64,000 nucleotides of DNA from a virus (lineage: Duplodnaviria > Heunggongvirae > Uroviricota > Caudoviricetes): the IMG/VR virus record IMGVR_UViG_3300025133_000019. The stretch is one strand, 5' to 3'. Both the position numbers and the translations under genes were made by a program. A model generated the notes under the pieces. It saw only the letters and a program-made list of their open reading frames with translations, was not told the origin of the DNA and searched no databases. Position 1 is the stretch's first letter, and each line of letters starts with the position of its first letter. Below, piece by piece: positions 59,747-64,000 of the stretch.

Positions 59747-62700
59747 ATGGCTGACGTAAAATTTAAAGGTACAGATTACTATAAGGTTAAGACACAAGAT
59801 TTTAGGTCTTTACTCAGTTCTGAAGTTCATGAGATTCAAGATATACAGTCTTTTGAAGGTAGGGAATCTACCAAACTAACTGTAGGAGATGGTCCTAGCG
59901 GAGAATCCTGGAAAGTTGTTGTCAAAAGCAGCGAAGAAATAAGGATTCAACCGGGAATATTCACTCATAACGGTAATGTCTTACATTTAAGTTCTCCAGT
60001 AGATATAAAGTATAACGACAACACTCAAGTATTGACTACTAATGCTAGATACATAGTATTTTGTACTTACAAAGATGTTGAAGTCTCCTATTTAGATGAC
60101 CCAGATTTAAAAGACCCAAGCCTAGGAGAGACCAGCACTAGAATGGGTAGAGAGTACACGTTCGGAGTTCATAAAGAGTGGACCCCCGTGTCTGTGGGAG
60201 TTAATTATATTCCGCTGTCCTATTTTACATGGACAAATTCTGTACTCAGTTCCGGGGATCTGTTTGACTTAAGATTTAAGTTTGCCCAACATTATGTGGT
60301 TGACGGATTTAACGTCTCGTCCTATTCAGTGGACGGCAGTAATGCTGTAGTAACTTTAGAGCCAGGAAGTTTTTCTTATTTAGGATCTTTTAAGAGATTG
60401 ACTTCTCCTACAGATGATGAGGATCTAAAATTTGAAATTCCCTTGGCATCTTTAGGGACACAGTCTCGTTACCGAATAGGTTACGAACTCAGTTCTCATT
60501 TAAGTAATTCTGCAACCACAGTCAAAGTATCAGTGAGTACAGTTTCGACGAGCACTCATTCTGGGCCTTTTGTGTCTTTATACAATATTACCGTGGATAG
60601 TTCAGGGGCTGTTGAATCAGAGACTAATGATGTAAGAAGATATGAGCCTTTAACCAGAAGAATCGCTTCTAACAAGTCTTTAGCATTAGCTGACGTTTCT
60701 TTCTTGAAACCAATGCAATCTCCCTCTCCTAACATGGGAGTTACTGTAAATGAGGGATGGTACTTTTTTAAAGGTGTGTATAAGTTTTATGCTGGAGGCA
60801 TTATGCCTCATGACACAGTTTCGAATGTCGGCAAACACAGGCTGGATGTTGCGGGGTTATCCTCAAGTAACGTTCTTACTTTGTATAAAGGAACAGAAGT
60901 AGCTACAGGGGTAACACCAACAGAAAATACTTCTGTACCAGATGACTTTTTTAGGCTTTATCAAGTTATTATAAGTGATACTACCTCTTATATCACTGAT
61001 CCAGCAAGTTTAAGTTCGCCTACAACGGGAGAGATAAAAGATTTTAGAAAGATATTTGACCATTTTCCGAGCGCTTCTACAGTTGGGGTGGATAGATCTG
61101 GGTTTGCTGGAACTAGTACGGGAGGTTTGCCCTCAACGGGAACTTCAGATTCAACTCAAGAAGTCCTGGATGATATTGATAATGCCTTAGTTTCAAAACA
61201 GAATTTTACAAATTCTTTAGGTATTACTACTCAAGAGGGTCCTTCCGATGTTACTTTCAATTCTGTCACAGGTAAGATAACACTTGGACACGAAAATTAT
61301 ACAGGAGGAAATAGTGATCCTGCTACTAAAGTAGGGATAGCGGTAGAAGAAGATTCTTTGTTACCTAATAAAGTCATTATAAAAAATACTTGGGATTCCG
61401 AATTGAGGAAGTTATCTTCTGGGGGAGTAGTTCCTACAACTATGCACTCACACCCAGGAGCGGGTGCAGTGGAAAACGGAGCGCCGATTGTAGTTAATAG
61501 ACAGATAGTTGAGGGCAGAATCGAAGACCGAATAGCTTTTATATCTGATTTTGTTGTCGATGAGGTACTTAATTCCCCTTTTGCTCTAATTGAAGCTACT
61601 GAAAGTATACCTACTCATATAAATCTTAATATAAATACGGGAGGAGCACTAGAGTTAACAGAAAGTGGATTTACCGTAAAAGTTGACAGTACTAAAGGTT
61701 TAAAGACATCTAACGACGGATTGTTAATTTATACTCATGCTACTCAATCTGGATTAGATTTTATAGATGATGGAACCGGAGACTGTTATTTAAAAGTTCA
61801 GCTTGCTCCCGGATTTACTATAAATGGTTCTAATGAAATTGAATATGACTTAGCTCCTTTAGGGGGCCTTGTTGTTGATCCAGCTAATGGGTTAGCAGTT
61901 GGAGAAGCCTCCGAGATAGTAAATACCTTTAAAGGGCTGGGAGTAGAGGGAAGCTCGCCGTCCGAGAAGCTGATTGTAAAAAGGCTAGGGGCTATTGATT
62001 TTGATGGAGCAGGGTATCTTAAAGTCAATCTTGCAGATGGAGGGGACGGTACTAATCCCGGAAGCTCCTTTTTATTAGAGCAGGCGTTCAGTATTCCAGG
62101 AGATGCGGGCAGTTACTTAAGAGTCAATATAAATGAGAATAAAGGTCTGGAGGATGTTGGGGGCGCATTGGCCGTCAATCTTGGAGCGGGACTATCTTTT
62201 TCCGGGGCAGGAGCAGTTGATCTGGACGTAGATTCCTTGGTAGTAGCTGATCCTGAGACTAATAAAAAAGGTCTAGAAGTGTCTTCTGGAACACTAGGAG
62301 TAAAGCTAGAAGCTACCACGCCTTCTCTAAAGGTTGCTGCTACAGGAGAATTGGGTGTTAAACTGAATACGGCCTCTGGATTGGCAGTCACCGCCTCTGG
62401 ATTAGAAATAAATCTCGAATCCACGAATTCTGGTCTGGAATTTACAGGGGTAGATCCGGTTAAAGAGTTAGCCCTTAAGATATCCCCTAATAAAGGTTTA
62501 GCCACTACTACAACAGGTCTAGAGGTTAAGCTAGCGAGTGGTGGAGGGTTAGAGCATAGTGCAAATGGCTTGAAAACCACTAGCGGGTTCTCTCCTACAG
62601 GGACAATTTATTTATTCGGTGGAGAAATATACGACTCTGCTTTGGTAACTCCGGAAGTTTTAACAGATAGTTTTAATACCTATGACGTAGAGACCAAGAC

Positions 62701-63508
62701 CTTTAATTTTTTGGCTAATCCTACTACACACAAGAAAAAATCTTTAGGCAGTTTTGGGTTTAGTTCTGATAATACAGTTCATGTATTCGGCGGTACTACT
62801 AATTTTGTAGATACTAATGATTCACATTTTAAGTATGATATAGGAACTATGGTTTGGACAACAGAAGCCAACATGAATCTTCAGGGCAGAGAGATGGCCT
62901 CCGTAAATATTTCAGACTCTGTTGGAATTATGTTAGAGGGAACTGCTGGAACTAGTGTGGAGGCGTACCAGACTTCTGGAGGGTGGACTAACATTGGGAG
63001 TAGTACTGGTAGGGACGGAGTTGCAGCAGCAACCTCGAACACCGATTCCCCTGGAGCAGGTAATTCGGCCAGGATTCTGTATTTTGGTGGAAATTTGGGA
63101 GTGACTTATTACAATGAGTTGAAAGAGACCGTAATTGATGATGTTATAGCCGTAGGTACTACTTCATTAATAGGAACCGTAGCCCCGGCTTTACAATACG
63201 CTTCCGCTTTTAAAGTTGTTGATGATGAGATAATGGTTGTGGGCGGGAGAGACGATTCTCTTCATTATACTACTGTTTTTCAAGTAGATAATGGTGGAAC
63301 TAGTACCTCTAAAAATCCTTTGCCGTTTTTATCCAAAAGTGATATGGCTTCAGTAGTTAATGGAGGCAAAGCTTTCTTTTTTGGAGGGATTACCTCTAAC
63401 GATTCTGTGATTAGTGACATTTTATCATTTGATATAGCTACAGAAACGTGGTCTTTTGAAGGCAAAACAATGATACCTATTAGGAATTCTACAGCAACTA
63501 TAGTATAA
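59747..63508 (+). CDS. Long tail fibre / receptor-binding protein with beta-spiral-like shaft and Kelch-like head
   Basis: N-terminal SEVHEIQ anchor, GL(E/A)x...L.(V/I)KL repeats, C-terminal YLFGG/HVFGG/LYFGG/MVVGG/FFFGG Kelch blades. Confidence 0.8.
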   Translation: MADVKFKGTDYYKVKTQDFRSLLSSEVHEIQDIQSFEGRESTKLTVGDGPSGESWKVVVKSSEEIRIQPGIFTHNGNVLHLSSPVDIKYNDNTQVLTTNARYIVFCTYKDVEVSYLDDPDLKDPSLGETSTRMGREYTFGVHKEWTPVSVGVNYIPLSYFTWTNSVLSSGDLFDLRFKFAQHYVVDGFNVSSYSVDGSNAVVTLEPGSFSYLGSFKRLTSPTDDEDLKFEIPLASLGTQSRYRIGYELSSHLSNSATTVKVSVSTVSTSTHSGPFVSLYNITVDSSGAVESETNDVRRYEPLTRRIASNKSLALADVSFLKPMQSPSPNMGVTVNEGWYFFKGVYKFYAGGIMPHDTVSNVGKHRLDVAGLSSSNVLTLYKGTEVATGVTPTENTSVPDDFFRLYQVIISDTTSYITDPASLSSPTTGEIKDFRKIFDHFPSASTVGVDRSGFAGTSTGGLPSTGTSDSTQEVLDDIDNALVSKQNFTNSLGITTQEGPSDVTFNSVTGKITLGHENYTGGNSDPATKVGIAVEEDSLLPNKVIIKNTWDSELRKLSSGGVVPTTMHSHPGAGAVENGAPIVVNRQIVEGRIEDRIAFISDFVVDEVLNSPFALIEATESIPTHINLNINTGGALELTESGFTVKVDSTKGLKTSNDGLLIYTHATQSGLDFIDDGTGDCYLKVQLAPGFTINGSNEIEYDLAPLGGLVVDPANGLAVGEASEIVNTFKGLGVEGSSPSEKLIVKRLGAIDFDGAGYLKVNLADGGDGTNPGSSFLLEQAFSIPGDAGSYLRVNINENKGLEDVGGALAVNLGAGLSFSGAGAVDLDVDSLVVADPETNKKGLEVSSGTLGVKLEATTPSLKVAATGELGVKLNTASGLAVTASGLEINLESTNSGLEFTGVDPVKELALKISPNKGLATTTTGLEVKLASGGGLEHSANGLKTTSGFSPTGTIYLFGGEIYDSALVTPEVLTDSFNTYDVETKTFNFLANPTTHKKKSLGSFGFSSDNTVHVFGGTTNFVDTNDSHFKYDIGTMVWTTEANMNLQGREMASVNISDSVGIMLEGTAGTSVEAYQTSGGWTNIGSSTGRDGVAAATSNTDSPGAGNSARILYFGGNLGVTYYNELKETVIDDVIAVGTTSLIGTVAPALQYASAFKVVDDEIMVVGGRDDSLHYTTVFQVDNGGTSTSKNPLPFLSKSDMASVVNGGKAFFFGGITSNDSVISDILSFDIATETWSFEGKTMIPIRNSTATIV

Positions 63509-63515
63509 TGTGATT

Positions 63516-64000
63516 ATGAAAAATAATTTAGATAAAATATTCAGCGAAATAGAAGAATCACGAGAAGACCTAGTGGATAAGTCAGAAATTTTGCCCCTGT
63601 TTTCGTCAGAGTTTCAGTTGGCCAACTTCTCTTTGTCTAAAGGGGCTATTAATGAATTTGGTTTGTTTAAAAAAACTAAATTAGAATTGCAGGGACGATT
63701 AGATATGCTGCAAAGTTTATATTTTAGCTATGAGGGATTAAAAATAGACATTGATGAGATAAATGAGGCTTTAGAAAACGAAGATAACAAGTTTTCAGTA
63801 AGAAGGTTACAACTAAGTTTAAAAGAGAAAGAGGCAGCACTTTTTAATATCGAGAGATCTGTGTCTAATCTCAATCAAGAGTACGGAATGATGAGAGATG
63901 TCTTTCTGAAGTTGTATGATAAATTTAAAGATTCTGACATCAATTCTTTGGAGATAGAATATTGGATAGAAAAATATAGACTAGACGTTTCCAAGCTTCT
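63516..64000 (+). CDS. 3'-truncated helical protein following the tail fibre
   Basis: ATG 63516; I translated it open to the window end (MKNNLDKIFSEIEESR...EIEYWIEKYRLDVSKL). Not in the ORF track because it has no stop. Confidence 0.75.
   Translation, partial: MKNNLDKIFSEIEESREDLVDKSEILPLFSSEFQLANFSLSKGAINEFGLFKKTKLELQGRLDMLQSLYFSYEGLKIDIDEINEALENEDNKFSVRRLQLSLKEKEAALFNIERSVSNLNQEYGMMRDVFLKLYDKFKDSDINSLEIEYWIEKYRLDVSKL

Noticed and set aside
271-63465. All minus-strand ORFs in the track (60-157 aa)
   Set aside because: They lie antisense to long + strand genes, are low-information and show no motifs; they are shadow ORFs.
59747-63508. Diversity-generating retroelement target in the tail fibre
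   Set aside because: No reverse transcriptase and no template/variable repeat pair seen in this window; one elsewhere in the genome cannot be excluded.
1-64000. Stop-codon reassignment
   Set aside because: Standard-code ORFs are full length and tile the window densely; TAA, TAG and TGA all end genes.
1-64000. Impression of CG-word depletion and CTAG abundance
   Set aside because: Cannot be quantified by eye; needs a k-mer observed/expected calculation.

Overview
The window is part of a large, AT-rich tailed-phage genome with a contractile (myovirus-type) tail. Every credible gene is on the + strand and the standard genetic code fits. About 1-12.2 kb is a replication/regulation block: a 5'-truncated class II ribonucleotide reductase with two mini-inteins, an M16 metallopeptidase, a stray fibre-like protein, a very acidic protein, a DnaG-type TOPRIM protein, a DUF932-like protein, a DnaX-like clamp loader, a NusG paralog and a protein with two sigma-region-4-like HTHs. 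About 12.3-64 kb is one morphogenesis block: TerL, portal, prohead protease, scaffold, cement protein, major capsid protein, small beta-rich accessory proteins, neck, sheath, tube, chaperones, tape measure, hub, spike, wedge/baseplate and a tail fibre with a beta-spiral shaft and Kelch head. I saw no tRNA, CRISPR array, integrase or lysis gene. Best leads: (i) the NusG plus twin-sigma4 pair at the head of a >50 kb co-oriented late region, a candidate phage-encoded late-transcription/antitermination system; (ii) herpesvirus-assemblin-like x-x-A|S sites across the protease, scaffold and other putative head proteins; (iii) one beta-domain reused in neck, sheath and baseplate and nested inside itself in the baseplate J protein. 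All calls come from reading motifs by eye; no searches were run.
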